From Bacillota bacterium (GTDB taxonomy: Bacteria; Bacillota_I; Bacilli_A; RF39; UBA660): a stretch of 64,000 nucleotides of DNA. The DNA is taken from NCBI GenBank assembly GCA_015059335.1, contig SVAP01000004.1, positions 20,258 to 84,257 on the forward strand. The letters run 5' to 3'. The notes beneath the pieces were generated by a model. The model saw only the letters and a list, made by a program, of their open reading frames with translations, did not search any database and was not told the DNA's origin. Positions 41,608 to 51,984 of this stretch are shown here, piece by piece. Position 1 is the first letter of the stretch; each line of letters begins with the position of its first letter. The translations under genes and the position numbers were made by a program.

Positions 41608-42444
41608 ATGGGAATGTTAGATAAAATTAAAAATTTATTTTATGAAGAAGAAGTTGTAGAAGTTCCTAAAGAAGAAAAAAAAGCAACTATAATTATTAAA
41701 GAAGATTTAAATGAAGAAAAAAAAGATGAAATGGATGAAGTAGTTAGTGAAAGAGACTTACTAAAAAGTGAAACTACGTTTAAATTTCCTGTGATATTTG
41801 AAGATGAAGATTTTGCAGATATGGAAAAAGAAAAAAAGAAACTTCAAGAACAAAATAATAGAAAACCTGAAGTTAGAGAACAACAATCATCTAAATATAG
41901 GAAACCAACATTGGATAGAGAAGTAATAAGAGAAGTAATTGAAAAGCCTAAAAAATTCAAACCTTCGCCAGTAATTTCTCCAGTGTATGGTGTTTTAGAT
42001 AAAAAAGGTGATGAGAACAGTAATTCTAGAACTCGTAGTTCTTCTTTAGAAGATACTAAAGAAATGGTAATTAATTTCGATACTATAAGACAAAAAGCAT
42101 ATGGATCATTAACTGATGATATAGAAAATGAACTTGCACCTAGAAGTAAAAATATTGATGATATTGAAAAAGAAATAGATAGTATATTAGGTGAAAATAA
42201 TCTTCTTAGTGATTTGGAAGAAAAAACTGTTGAGGTTAATAATGTTTCAGTAGAAGAAGATAATGATGAGTATAATTATTCTGATTTTGGTGTAGAATAT
42301 AAAATAGATAATTCAGAATCAATTGATTCTGATAAAAAGGCTCCGAAAAAAGAAGAAAACGATGAAGTTAAAGAAAAAAAAGATAAAGAAGTAGAACTTA
42401 CTGAGGATTTATTTAATTTGATAGATTCTATGTATGATAGATAG
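41608..42444 (+). CDS. Acidic, probably disordered hypothetical protein
   Basis: E/D/K-rich with FKPSPVISPVYG motif. Confidence 0.7.
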   Translation: MGMLDKIKNLFYEEEVVEVPKEEKKATIIIKEDLNEEKKDEMDEVVSERDLLKSETTFKFPVIFEDEDFADMEKEKKKLQEQNNRKPEVREQQSSKYRKPTLDREVIREVIEKPKKFKPSPVISPVYGVLDKKGDENSNSRTRSSSLEDTKEMVINFDTIRQKAYGSLTDDIENELAPRSKNIDDIEKEIDSILGENNLLSDLEEKTVEVNNVSVEEDNDEYNYSDFGVEYKIDNSESIDSDKKAPKKEENDEVKEKKDKEVELTEDLFNLIDSMYDR

Positions 42445-42447
42445 GAC

Positions 42448-42753
42448 GTGATTTTTTTGGAAACTTTAAGTGTTGTAATGCCTATAATATTATGTACACT
42501 GACATCCATACTAGTTTTAGTTTTAATAGTACTTGCATTTAAACTTATGTATACAATAGATAAAATAAATATACTTGCTGATGATATAACTAAAAAAGTA
42601 AACTCATTAAATGGATTTTTTAGTTTAGTTGATTTAATTACAGATAAAGTAGCGCTATTAAGTGATAAAACAGTAGATTTTATCAGTGGATTATTTACAA
42701 AAATGTTAAGTAGTAGAAAAAATAATACTAAAGGAGAGGGAACAAATGAGTAA
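42448..42753 (+). CDS. DUF948/YtxG-like membrane protein
   Basis: N-terminal TM plus coiled coil, directly before a YtxH-like gene. Confidence 0.65.
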   Translation: MIFLETLSVVMPIILCTLTSILVLVLIVLAFKLMYTIDKINILADDITKKVNSLNGFFSLVDLITDKVALLSDKTVDFISGLFTKMLSSRKNNTKGEGTNE

Positions 42754-43165
42754 AGAAAAACATAGTGGTTTAGGAAAATTTGTTTTAGGTGCAGCAATTG
42801 GTGCTGGATTAGGTATTTTATTCGCACCGAAAAAAGGTAGTGAAACTAGAAAAGATTTAAAAATTAAAATAGATGAATTAGTAAAAAAAGTTAAAGAAAT
42901 GGATATAGAAGAAGTTAAAAATAATCTTCAAACAAAATTAGATGAATTATTAACTGAATTAGAAGATTTAGATAAAGAAAAAGCTTTGAAAATAGCTAAA
43001 GAAAAAGGAAATCAGTTAAAAGAAAAAGCTGAAGATATTTATAATATAGCTAAAGAAAAAGGAACACCTATTTTACAAAAAGCTGCAGCTGAAGTTAAAC
43101 AAAAAACTATAGATGTTGTTGAAGAAGTATTAAGAAAATTAAAAAATGAAGAAAAAAGCAAGTAA
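42746..43165 (+). CDS. YtxH domain protein
   Basis: FVLGAAIGAGLGILFAPKKGSETRKDL. Confidence 0.9.
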   Translation: MSKEKHSGLGKFVLGAAIGAGLGILFAPKKGSETRKDLKIKIDELVKKVKEMDIEEVKNNLQTKLDELLTELEDLDKEKALKIAKEKGNQLKEKAEDIYNIAKEKGTPILQKAAAEVKQKTIDVVEEVLRKLKNEEKSK

Positions 43166-43264
43166 TTAAAATACCAATATAGATTATTTCTATATTGGTA
43201 TTTTAAATTGACTATAAAAATATATTTTGATAGAATATATTCAGTAATCAGAGGTGAAAACAAT

Positions 43265-43834
43265 ATGAAAACAATAACTTATGTAACAGGAAATTGGGCA
43301 AAAGTAGCTAGTGCTAAACAAGCGCTTGATCCTCTTGGGTATGAAATAAATAATATTAAACTTGATACAATAGAAATACAGTCAGACGATGTAGAAGAAG
43401 TATCAAAATATTCTGCGAAATGGGCAAGTGAAAAGTTAAAGTGTAGTGTATTAACAAATGATTCAGGACTTTTTGTAGAAGCTCTTAATGGTTTTCCTGG
43501 AACATATACAAGATATGTTGAAGAAACAATAGGTGAAGATGGATTATTAAAACTTCTTGAAGGAATAGAAAATAGAAAAGCATATTTTAAGGAAGTTTTA
43601 GCATATTGTGAATATGGTAAAGAACCAGTTATATTTTCTAATATTACAAATGGAACTATTACAAAAGAAAAACACGGCGAATATGGTTGGAGTTGGGATT
43701 TTGTATTTATGCCAGATGGAGAAACTCAAACACTTGGATGTTTTCCGGATGATGAAAGATGGAAGTTTTGGAGTCAAGCTGCATATAAAAGATTAGCTGA
43801 ATATTTAGATGAAAAAGAAAATCAAAATAATTAA
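43265..43834 (+). CDS. Non-canonical purine NTP pyrophosphatase (Ham1/RdgB family)
   Basis: YVTGNWAK, EIQ, NDSGLFVEALNGFPG, GWSWDFVF. Confidence 0.88.
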   Translation: MKTITYVTGNWAKVASAKQALDPLGYEINNIKLDTIEIQSDDVEEVSKYSAKWASEKLKCSVLTNDSGLFVEALNGFPGTYTRYVEETIGEDGLLKLLEGIENRKAYFKEVLAYCEYGKEPVIFSNITNGTITKEKHGEYGWSWDFVFMPDGETQTLGCFPDDERWKFWSQAAYKRLAEYLDEKENQNN

Positions 43835-43993
43835 ATTTTATAGATATAAATTTATTATAATGATAAAATAAGTATAGAGAAATCTATACTTTTATTATTT
43901 ATGTTAGAAAAATTTACCTTTTTATCAAAATGGATAGACAAAGAATTTCATTTCATATATAATAAAAAATAGTAATTTGTGGAGGTGACCCTT

Positions 43994-46321
43994 ATGGTTA
44001 AAACTAGCTTACCAGTTATTGTATTAAAGGGGATAGTACTGCTTCCACATTGTGAACTTAGAGTGGAATTTTCCAATGAAGTAGATAAAAGTATTTTACA
44101 AAATGCTGCAGATTATTCTGATAATCATGTTTTAGTTGTTACACAAATTAATGAATTAGAAGAACATATTAATATTAAAAATTTACCTAAAGCTGGTGTT
44201 GTAGCTAGAATTAAAAGTAAAATAACTCTTGCTAATAATCATGTTAGAGTAATTTTAGAAGGGCTTAATAGAACAGAGGTTCATAGTTATATTAAATATG
44301 GCGAAGAAAAAGATACTATTGAATGCCAAATAGGACCTACTACAATTTATGAAATAGATTCTAAAGAAGAATTTGCACTTGTAAGAAAGTTACTTAAGGA
44401 GTTAGAAAATTTAATTAATAAGGCTCCATATATGAGTAATAGTATATTAGGAGAGTTATCTGGAATAACTAATATTAATGTAATAACAGATATTATATGT
44501 CAATTTTTACCAACAACACCATCTAGAAAAATTGATTATATTAAAGAGGCAAATCCTAGTGTCAGGGTAAAAATGTTATTACAAGATATCAATGATGAAT
44601 TAGAAATTATTGAGTTAGAAAATAGAATTGATTTAGATTTGAGAAAAGGATTAGAGGATAGTCAAAAGGAATATTTTTTAAGAGAAAAAATTAGAATTAT
44701 AAAAGAAGAACTTGGCGATATTAACTCTAAAGATAGTGAAATTGAAGAATTAAGAACAAAAATTGAGGCATTAAAGTGTCCTAATAAAATTAAAGAAAGA
44801 TTAAAATTAGAGTTAAACAGATATCAATCTATGGCACCTAATTCACCTGAATATAGTATGTTAAGAACATATATTGATACACTTATTTCAATACCATTTG
44901 GTAATTATACAAAGGATAATACAAATTTGAGAAAATCAAAACAAATTTTAGATAATTCGCATTATGGTTTAGAGAAAGTTAAAGAAAGAATTTTAGAGTT
45001 TTTAGCTGTTAAACAAATGAGTAAAAACTTGACTGCTCCAATTCTTTGTTTTGTAGGTCCACCTGGTATTGGTAAAACAACACTTGCCTCATCTATTGCG
45101 AAAAGTTTAGATAGAAATTTTGTTAAAATAAGTGTTGGTGGAGTAAACGATGAAGCAGAAATAATGGGACATAGAAGAACATATATAGGTTCTGCTCCTG
45201 GAAAAATTATTCAAACTTTAAAGAAAAGTAAAAGTATGAATCCAGTATTTTTGATTGACGAAATTGATAAATTAACTAAAGATTATAAAGGGGATCCTGC
45301 AAGTGCATTACTAGAAGTTTTAGATAAGGAACAAAATAAATATTTTGTTGATAATTATATAGAAGAAGAAGTGGATTTATCAAATGTAATATTTTTAGTA
45401 ACGGCAAACTATATTGAACAAATTCCAGAACCTTTAAGAGATAGACTAGAAATTATAGAGTTAGATAGTTATACAGAATATGAAAAAGTAGATATTGCTA
45501 AAAGACATTTAATACCTAAATTAATTCGTGAACATGGTATTACTAGAGAAAATATATTTATACCTGATAAGACTGTTTTAGCAATTGTTCGTAATTATAC
45601 TAAAGAATCTGGTGTAAGAGAACTTGAAAGGGTATTATCTAAAATTATTCGTAAGGTAGTAAAAAATATGCTTATAAATAATGATAGGGATGTTCTATAT
45701 AAAATTCATGATACTTCATTAGAAAAATATTTAGGAAAGAAAAAATATTTCTATATGGATAAGGCTGAAGTAAATCAAATTGGAGTGGTTAATGGTCTTG
45801 CATACACATCTTATGGTGGAGATATTTTACCTATTGAAGTTACATACTATAAAGGTAAAGGTAATTTAATATTAACTGGTTCTTTGGGAGAAGTTATGAA
45901 AGAAAGTGCTTCTATCGCACTAAGTTATATAAAAAGCAATTTTGGTATATTTAATATCGATATAAATGAATTAGATAACACTGATATTCATATACACGTA
46001 CCAGAAGGGGCGGTTCCAAAGGATGGACCAAGTGCGGGTATAACTTTAACTACTGCTTTAATAAGTGCGCTTTCTAAAAGAAGTGTTGATAATATGGTTG
46101 CGATGACTGGTGAAATTACATTAAGAGGTAAAGTGTTACCTATTGGTGGATTAAAGGAAAAAGTTATAGGTGCACATAGAAGTGGTGTTAAAACAATTAT
46201 TTTACCTATAGAAAATGAAAGAGATATTAAAGATATACCTAAAAATATAGTAGATGATATAAAATTTATTTTTGTTAGAAATTATATAGGAGTATATAAA
46301 TATATTTTTAAGGGAGAATAA
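43994..46321 (+). CDS. lon: ATP-dependent protease La
   Basis: GPPGIGKTT, GHRRTYIGSAPG, DEIDK, PKDGPSAG catalytic Ser, IGGLKEK. Confidence 0.98.
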   Translation: MVKTSLPVIVLKGIVLLPHCELRVEFSNEVDKSILQNAADYSDNHVLVVTQINELEEHINIKNLPKAGVVARIKSKITLANNHVRVILEGLNRTEVHSYIKYGEEKDTIECQIGPTTIYEIDSKEEFALVRKLLKELENLINKAPYMSNSILGELSGITNINVITDIICQFLPTTPSRKIDYIKEANPSVRVKMLLQDINDELEIIELENRIDLDLRKGLEDSQKEYFLREKIRIIKEELGDINSKDSEIEELRTKIEALKCPNKIKERLKLELNRYQSMAPNSPEYSMLRTYIDTLISIPFGNYTKDNTNLRKSKQILDNSHYGLEKVKERILEFLAVKQMSKNLTAPILCFVGPPGIGKTTLASSIAKSLDRNFVKISVGGVNDEAEIMGHRRTYIGSAPGKIIQTLKKSKSMNPVFLIDEIDKLTKDYKGDPASALLEVLDKEQNKYFVDNYIEEEVDLSNVIFLVTANYIEQIPEPLRDRLEIIELDSYTEYEKVDIAKRHLIPKLIREHGITRENIFIPDKTVLAIVRNYTKESGVRELERVLSKIIRKVVKNMLINNDRDVLYKIHDTSLEKYLGKKKYFYMDKAEVNQIGVVNGLAYTSYGGDILPIEVTYYKGKGNLILTGSLGEVMKESASIALSYIKSNFGIFNIDINELDNTDIHIHVPEGAVPKDGPSAGITLTTALISALSKRSVDNMVAMTGEITLRGKVLPIGGLKEKVIGAHRSGVKTIILPIENERDIKDIPKNIVDDIKFIFVRNYIGVYKYIFKGE

Positions 46322-46322
46322 A

Positions 46323-46970
46323 ATGATTAAAAAACGTGTAAAAGGTGATTTAATAGTTGTTTCAGGACCTAGTGGTTGTGGTAAAGATACTATTTGTAAT
46401 GAAATCTTTAAAATTAGAAAAAATATAGTTAAATCTATTTCTATGACTACTAGAGATATGAGAGATGGAGAAATAAATAATAAAGATTATTACTTTGTTA
46501 CCAAAGAAGAATTTGAAGAAAAAATAAATGATGATGAATTATTAGAATACGCTATTGTACATGAAAAAGATTATTATGGTACTCCTAAGAAGAAAGTTTT
46601 AGAAACTTTAGAATCAGGATTTGACATAGTATTAATTATAGATATACAAGGTGCGCTTCAAATTAAGGAAAAATATCCTGAGGCAGTATTTATATTTATT
46701 ATGCCTCCATCAATAAAGGAATTAAAATCTAGACTTATAAATAGAAAAAGTGAAACTAAAGAATCTATGCTTAGAAGATTTAAATCTATGTATAAAGAAG
46801 TTAATGAAATTAATAAATATAATTATGTTGTAGTTAATGATAATTTAGATGATTCAGTTAAAACTGTTGATGCAATTATTGAATCACAAAAAAGTAGAGT
46901 AGATAGAATTGAAGAGTTAGATATTAATTCTATTGAAGAAGCAATACATGAAGAATTAGTTGATTTATAA
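46323..46970 (+). CDS. gmk: Guanylate kinase
   Basis: SGPSGCGKDT, SMTTR, YYGTP. Confidence 0.96.
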   Translation: MIKKRVKGDLIVVSGPSGCGKDTICNEIFKIRKNIVKSISMTTRDMRDGEINNKDYYFVTKEEFEEKINDDELLEYAIVHEKDYYGTPKKKVLETLESGFDIVLIIDIQGALQIKEKYPEAVFIFIMPPSIKELKSRLINRKSETKESMLRRFKSMYKEVNEINKYNYVVVNDNLDDSVKTVDAIIESQKSRVDRIEELDINSIEEAIHEELVDL

Positions 46971-47011
46971 TTTTTTAAATTTTGTAAATAATAGAATAAG
47001 GAGGAATAAAA

Positions 47012-48412
47012 ATGGATAAAGATGAATTAAAGAAAGAGTTGTTTCTAAACAATAAAAATGGTTGGGAAAGTGTTGATGAAAGTAAAAGAAAAGAAATTTT
47101 TGAATTTTCAAAAGATTATATAGATTTCTTAAATAGTGTTAAAACAGAAAGAGAAGCAGTAACTTTTATTGAAAATTTATTAGTTACAAATGGATTTAAA
47201 AATATTAATAGTGTGACTGAATTAAAAGTTAATGATAAAGTATTTTTTGTGAATAGAGAAAAAAGTATTTATGCTGCTATTATAGGTAAAGATATAACTA
47301 GTGGTATTAATATTATTGGTTCACATATTGATTCACCAAGATTGGATTTAAAACCTAATCCAATATATGAGGATAGTGGATTTGCTTATTTTAAAACTCA
47401 CTATTATGGTGGAATAAAAAAATATCAATGGACATCTATCCCTCTAGCGATACATGGTATTATTGTTAAAAGCGATGGAACAAAAATAAATATTTCTATT
47501 GGTGAAAAAAATGAAGATCCAATTTTAACTATAACTGATTTACTACCACATCTTGCAATGGATCAAATGCAAAAGAAAATGAGTGAGGGAATTAATGGGG
47601 AAGATTTAAATCTTTTAATTGGCAATATCCCTTATGATAAAGATAATGATGGTTCATTGGTTAAACTAAATATTTTAAAATTATTAAATGATAAATATGG
47701 TATTAAAGAGATTGATTTTACAAGTTCAGAATTAGAAGCTGTACCTGCATTTAGAGCTAAAAGCTTAGGACTTGATGAAAGTATGGTTGCTGGTTATGGT
47801 CAAGATGATAGGGTATGTGCTTATACTTCATTAAGAGCATTATTAGATATTAATAATCCAGAAAAAACCTCAATTTGTATATTCGCTGATAAAGAAGAAA
47901 TTGGTAGTGTTGGAAATACTGGTATGTATTCTAGAAGCTTTGATACATTTGTATCTATTATTCTAAATAAACTTGGTATTAATACCCCAAATTTAATAGA
48001 TATTATATTTAATAAATCTATGATGTTATCTGCAGATGTTGATGGAGCATTAGATCCTATTTATGCATCTGTATCAGAAAAAAACAATGCATCATTTTTA
48101 GGACACGGTATTCATATGAATAAATATACTGGTTCAAGAGGAAAAAGTGGTGCAAGTGATGCTAATGCTGAATATGTAGCTAAAGTAAGAAATATATTTG
48201 AAACAAATAATGTTAGTTATCAAATTAGTGAATTAGGTAAAGTAGATGTTGGTGGCGGAGGTACTATCGCATATATACTTGCTAATAAAGGAATTGATGT
48301 AATTGATTGTGGTGTTCCTGTATTATCAATGCATTCACCATATGAAGTTACTAGTAAATTTGATATTTATGAAGCTTATAAAGGGTATAAAGCATTCTTA
48401 AATTGGAGATAA
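47012..48412 (+). CDS. M18 family aminopeptidase
   Basis: GSHIDSPRLD, GQDDRVC, DKEEIGS, GGGGTI, SMHSPYE. Confidence 0.92.
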   Translation: MDKDELKKELFLNNKNGWESVDESKRKEIFEFSKDYIDFLNSVKTEREAVTFIENLLVTNGFKNINSVTELKVNDKVFFVNREKSIYAAIIGKDITSGINIIGSHIDSPRLDLKPNPIYEDSGFAYFKTHYYGGIKKYQWTSIPLAIHGIIVKSDGTKINISIGEKNEDPILTITDLLPHLAMDQMQKKMSEGINGEDLNLLIGNIPYDKDNDGSLVKLNILKLLNDKYGIKEIDFTSSELEAVPAFRAKSLGLDESMVAGYGQDDRVCAYTSLRALLDINNPEKTSICIFADKEEIGSVGNTGMYSRSFDTFVSIILNKLGINTPNLIDIIFNKSMMLSADVDGALDPIYASVSEKNNASFLGHGIHMNKYTGSRGKSGASDANAEYVAKVRNIFETNNVSYQISELGKVDVGGGGTIAYILANKGIDVIDCGVPVLSMHSPYEVTSKFDIYEAYKGYKAFLNWR

Positions 48413-48461
48413 TTATTGTAATTATCTTCTTTTTTTGTTATATTAAATATAGTTTGGAGAG

Positions 48462-49067
48462 ATGTTTATGAAAGAAACTATAAATAAGATGTTTATATCA
48501 TCAATATTGTCATCAGCTGTTTTACTTGTAATTGGATTACTATTATTTATTAGACCAGAAAGTACTTTATCATTAATCTCATATACAATAGGTGGTATTT
48601 TAGTAATTATTGGTACTAATTCTTTAATTAATTATTATAGGGGTAAAGAATATGTTTCAAGATTTGAATTGTTTTATGGTGTTTTAGGAGTATTAGGCGG
48701 ATTTGTTTTAATATTAAATCCTAAAGCAATTGTATCATTAATACCATTTATTATAGGTGTATGGATTGTTATTAGTAGTCTAAGTAAGTTAAAATATAGT
48801 ATAAATGTTAGTAGTAAAAAAACAAAAGCAGGAATTATTTCATTGGTTATAACAATACTTACTTTAGTATTAGGTGTTATTCTAATATTTAATCCATTTT
48901 CTGGAGCAGTATTTATTACTAAAATGATTGGACTATTCTTATTTGTTTATGCAATATTAGATATAGTTCAAAGTTCTATTATTAAAAAAGATGTCAATGC
49001 AATAATTATAGTAGAAGAAGAACCTAAAAAGAGTAGAAAAAAGAAAAAAATAATAGATGCTGAATAG
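48462..49067 (+). CDS. DUF308/HdeD family membrane protein
   Basis: Six TMs in paired repeats (LLFIRP / LILNP / LIFNP). Confidence 0.75.
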   Translation: MFMKETINKMFISSILSSAVLLVIGLLLFIRPESTLSLISYTIGGILVIIGTNSLINYYRGKEYVSRFELFYGVLGVLGGFVLILNPKAIVSLIPFIIGVWIVISSLSKLKYSINVSSKKTKAGIISLVITILTLVLGVILIFNPFSGAVFITKMIGLFLFVYAILDIVQSSIIKKDVNAIIIVEEEPKKSRKKKKIIDAE

Positions 49068-49111
49068 CAAGGTCGAAACAAAAATGTTTCGACTTTTTTT
49101 ATGTTTAAATG

Positions 49112-49140
49112 TTGACTATAGAACAAATGTATGTTACTAT
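49112..49140 (+). promoter_or_regulatory. SigmaA promoter with LexA-like box upstream of the ORF6N gene
   Basis: TTGACT-17-TACTAT; the spacer holds AGAACAAATGTATG. Confidence 0.55.
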
Positions 49141-49171
49141 GTTGTTAACAATCAGGAGGGAGGTATGGTTT

Positions 49172-50056
49172 GTGAATGAAGTTGTAGTAAAAGAAAATAT
49201 AAATATTGAAAATATGATCCATGAAATAAGAGGGAAATCAGTAATGTTAGATAGCGATGTTGCGATGTTGTTTGGTTACGAGACTAAATATTTAAATAGA
49301 CAAGTTCAAAGAAATATTAATAGATTTCCAAAAAATTATTGTTTTCAGTTGACCATAGAAGAATATGAAAACTTGAGGTGCCAAAATGTCACCTCAAGTT
49401 TGAGTGATAATTATGGTGGAAGAAGATACTTGCCATATGTATTTACAGAGTATGGCATAACAATGCTTGCTGGTATTTTAAAAAGTGAAGTAGCAGTTAA
49501 AATGAGTTTAAAAATTGTTGATACTTTTATTGCCATGAAAAAATATATATCTAAAGATTTTCTAAAGCAAGACTATATAAAAAATATGGTTATTAAACAT
49601 GATAATGATATTAAATTATTAAAAGAATCATTATCTAAACTTGAAGAGAAAAAACAAATAAATGAAATATATTTTAATGGACAAATATATGATGCTTATT
49701 CTAAGATAATTGATATATTAAAAGAAGCTAAAACTGAAATAATCATAATTGATGCTTATGCAGATAAATCTGTTTTAGATTTAATTAGAAGTCTTGATAT
49801 TAATGTTACATTGATAGTTAAGAGTAAAAGTTTACTAACTAAAGTGGATATTCATAAATACAATGAGCAATACAATAATTTAAAAGTTATATACAACGAT
49901 ACATTTCATGATAGATATTTTATATTAGACAAAGAGAAAGTATATCACTCAGGAACGTCATTAAATAGAATAGGTTCTAAAACTTTTTCAATAAATAAAA
50001 TAGAAGATAAATTAGTAATTGATAATTTAATTAAAAATGTTAATGAATTATATTAA
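49172..50056 (+). CDS. ORF6N (KilA-N-like) DNA-binding domain protein with a C-terminal PLD-like/nuclease-like region
   Basis: IRGKSVMLDSDVA, RFPKNYCFQLT, GGRRYLPYVFTEYG; C-terminal FHDRYFILD; GTG 49172 after AGGAGGGAGG. Confidence 0.85.
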   Translation: MNEVVVKENINIENMIHEIRGKSVMLDSDVAMLFGYETKYLNRQVQRNINRFPKNYCFQLTIEEYENLRCQNVTSSLSDNYGGRRYLPYVFTEYGITMLAGILKSEVAVKMSLKIVDTFIAMKKYISKDFLKQDYIKNMVIKHDNDIKLLKESLSKLEEKKQINEIYFNGQIYDAYSKIIDILKEAKTEIIIIDAYADKSVLDLIRSLDINVTLIVKSKSLLTKVDIHKYNEQYNNLKVIYNDTFHDRYFILDKEKVYHSGTSLNRIGSKTFSINKIEDKLVIDNLIKNVNELY

Positions 50057-50125
50057 AAAATTTACATTTTTATTAATTAATGTTATACTTAATGTGTATT
50101 AAAAATATACAAGGGAGGTTTTGTT

Positions 50126-51907
50126 ATGAATAAAGAAAATAGACCATCAATAGAAAAACCATGGTTAAAATATTATGAAGGGGATTTTAGTGAAAAAGAT
50201 ATACCTAAAAAATCAATATATCAACTTGCAATAGATTCTAATAAATATAATATGAATAATATCGCAATTGATTTAAGAATGTGTATAAATAATTATGAAC
50301 AATGTTTTACAATGACATATAATGATTTTTTTAAAGAAATTAATAACAATGCAAAATCATCATCAGTAATGGGAATTAAAACTGATGAAATTGTACCAAT
50401 GATAGTACCAAATATACCTGAAGCTAGAACGCTAACTTATGCAAATAGTATAATTGGAGCAACTACATATGCAATTTCACCATTATTACCAGTAAAACAA
50501 TTAGAAAAAATTTTAAAAGAAAATCAAATTAAAAATATTTTTGTTTTCAGTGCTTTATATGATAAATACAAAAGTGCGTTACAAAGTGATAGTTTAGAAA
50601 ATGTTGTGGTTTTAAGTGCAGAATCTTCTAAATCTGAAAGTATAGAAGCATTAAAGAAAATTAAAAATGAATTAGTTAATAAACAAATTATTCCATGGAA
50701 TGAATATCAAAATTACAGCAAAGAAATTAAAGAAAATTTGAAACCATATTATAAAGATAATCATACTGCGATTATTGTTGGAACTAGTGGTACTACAGGA
50801 ACATCAAAGGGAGTATGTTTAAGTGATAAAAATTTAAATTCAGCAGCACTATCTTATATAAATGGTAAAGTTTTTGAAGGGTCATATTTAGATGCATTAC
50901 TTCCTTCAATTGTTTATGGAACAGTTATGTCTCACTTACAAGTTGTTGATGGAAAACATGTGTATTTAGTGCCAGAATTATTAACAACAAATATCTCTAA
51001 AGCTCTATGCGCTACAAAGGCAGATGTTTTTGCAGGTGGACCTGTTCATTACATTAATATTAACGCTAGTGAGGAATTTAAAAATGGACAAATGCCAAAA
51101 AGAAATATTTATCTTTCAGGTGGTGCATCATTACCAAGCGATATAGAGAGTAAACTAAATGGTGTTGGTGCCGGATATTCAGAAGATGAAGTCAATAATG
51201 ATATAATTGTTAGACAAGGATATGCACTATCAGAAACTTGTGGACTTGGAACTATTGCAAAAAGAGGTGCATATACATTTGGAAGTGTTGGAATTCCTAT
51301 GTTATATAATACAATTGGAATATTTAAGCCAGGAACCGATGAAGAGTTAGGTTATAATGAAAATGGTGAAATTTGTGTTAGTGGTCCAAGTGTAATGCAA
51401 GGATATTTAAATAATCCAGAAGAAACTGCAAAAGTTTTGATGGAACATAGTGATGGAAAAATCTGGGTTCATACAAAAGATATTGGTTATATGAATGAAG
51501 ATGGAAAAGTATTCCATGTTGATAGAATTAAAAATATATTTATGAGAACAGGATTTAATGTACATCCTACACAAATTGCTGAATTTATAGATACTATTCC
51601 ATATGTTAAAAATTCTGCAGTAATTGGATTTGAACATCCAGAAGAGCAAAATGTACCAGTAGCATTTATAGAATTAGAACCAAATGTTCTTAATAATAAA
51701 ACACAAGAAGAAATCATACATGAAATAAGTGAACAATGTTATGCAAATTTAGAAGAAACATCTATTCCAGTTGATTATGTAATTGTAGATTCAATCCCAA
51801 TTAATGTTGGTGGAAAAATAGATGTTGAAAAAATTAAAAAGGAATCTAATATCGATTTTATGAAAAATCAAAAAATATTAAAAAAAGAAATAAAATTTAA
51901 TAAATAG
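50126..51907 (+). CDS. Class I adenylate-forming enzyme (acyl-CoA synthetase-like)
   Basis: TSGTTGTSKG P-loop, GYALSET, TKDIG..DRIK, GGKID. Confidence 0.9.
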   Translation: MNKENRPSIEKPWLKYYEGDFSEKDIPKKSIYQLAIDSNKYNMNNIAIDLRMCINNYEQCFTMTYNDFFKEINNNAKSSSVMGIKTDEIVPMIVPNIPEARTLTYANSIIGATTYAISPLLPVKQLEKILKENQIKNIFVFSALYDKYKSALQSDSLENVVVLSAESSKSESIEALKKIKNELVNKQIIPWNEYQNYSKEIKENLKPYYKDNHTAIIVGTSGTTGTSKGVCLSDKNLNSAALSYINGKVFEGSYLDALLPSIVYGTVMSHLQVVDGKHVYLVPELLTTNISKALCATKADVFAGGPVHYININASEEFKNGQMPKRNIYLSGGASLPSDIESKLNGVGAGYSEDEVNNDIIVRQGYALSETCGLGTIAKRGAYTFGSVGIPMLYNTIGIFKPGTDEELGYNENGEICVSGPSVMQGYLNNPEETAKVLMEHSDGKIWVHTKDIGYMNEDGKVFHVDRIKNIFMRTGFNVHPTQIAEFIDTIPYVKNSAVIGFEHPEEQNVPVAFIELEPNVLNNKTQEEIIHEISEQCYANLEETSIPVDYVIVDSIPINVGGKIDVEKIKKESNIDFMKNQKILKKEIKFNK

Positions 51908-51984
51908 GATACGAAATGTATCCTATTTAATTTACAAAAAATTAGTAATATGTTATTATTTTTTTATAAGGTAGGTGTTATAAA

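Noticed and set aside
49109-49171. ORF-track N-terminal extensions (also 37751-37846, 43208-43264, 7826-7861)
   Set aside because: They run through promoter elements; better RBS-supported starts lie downstream
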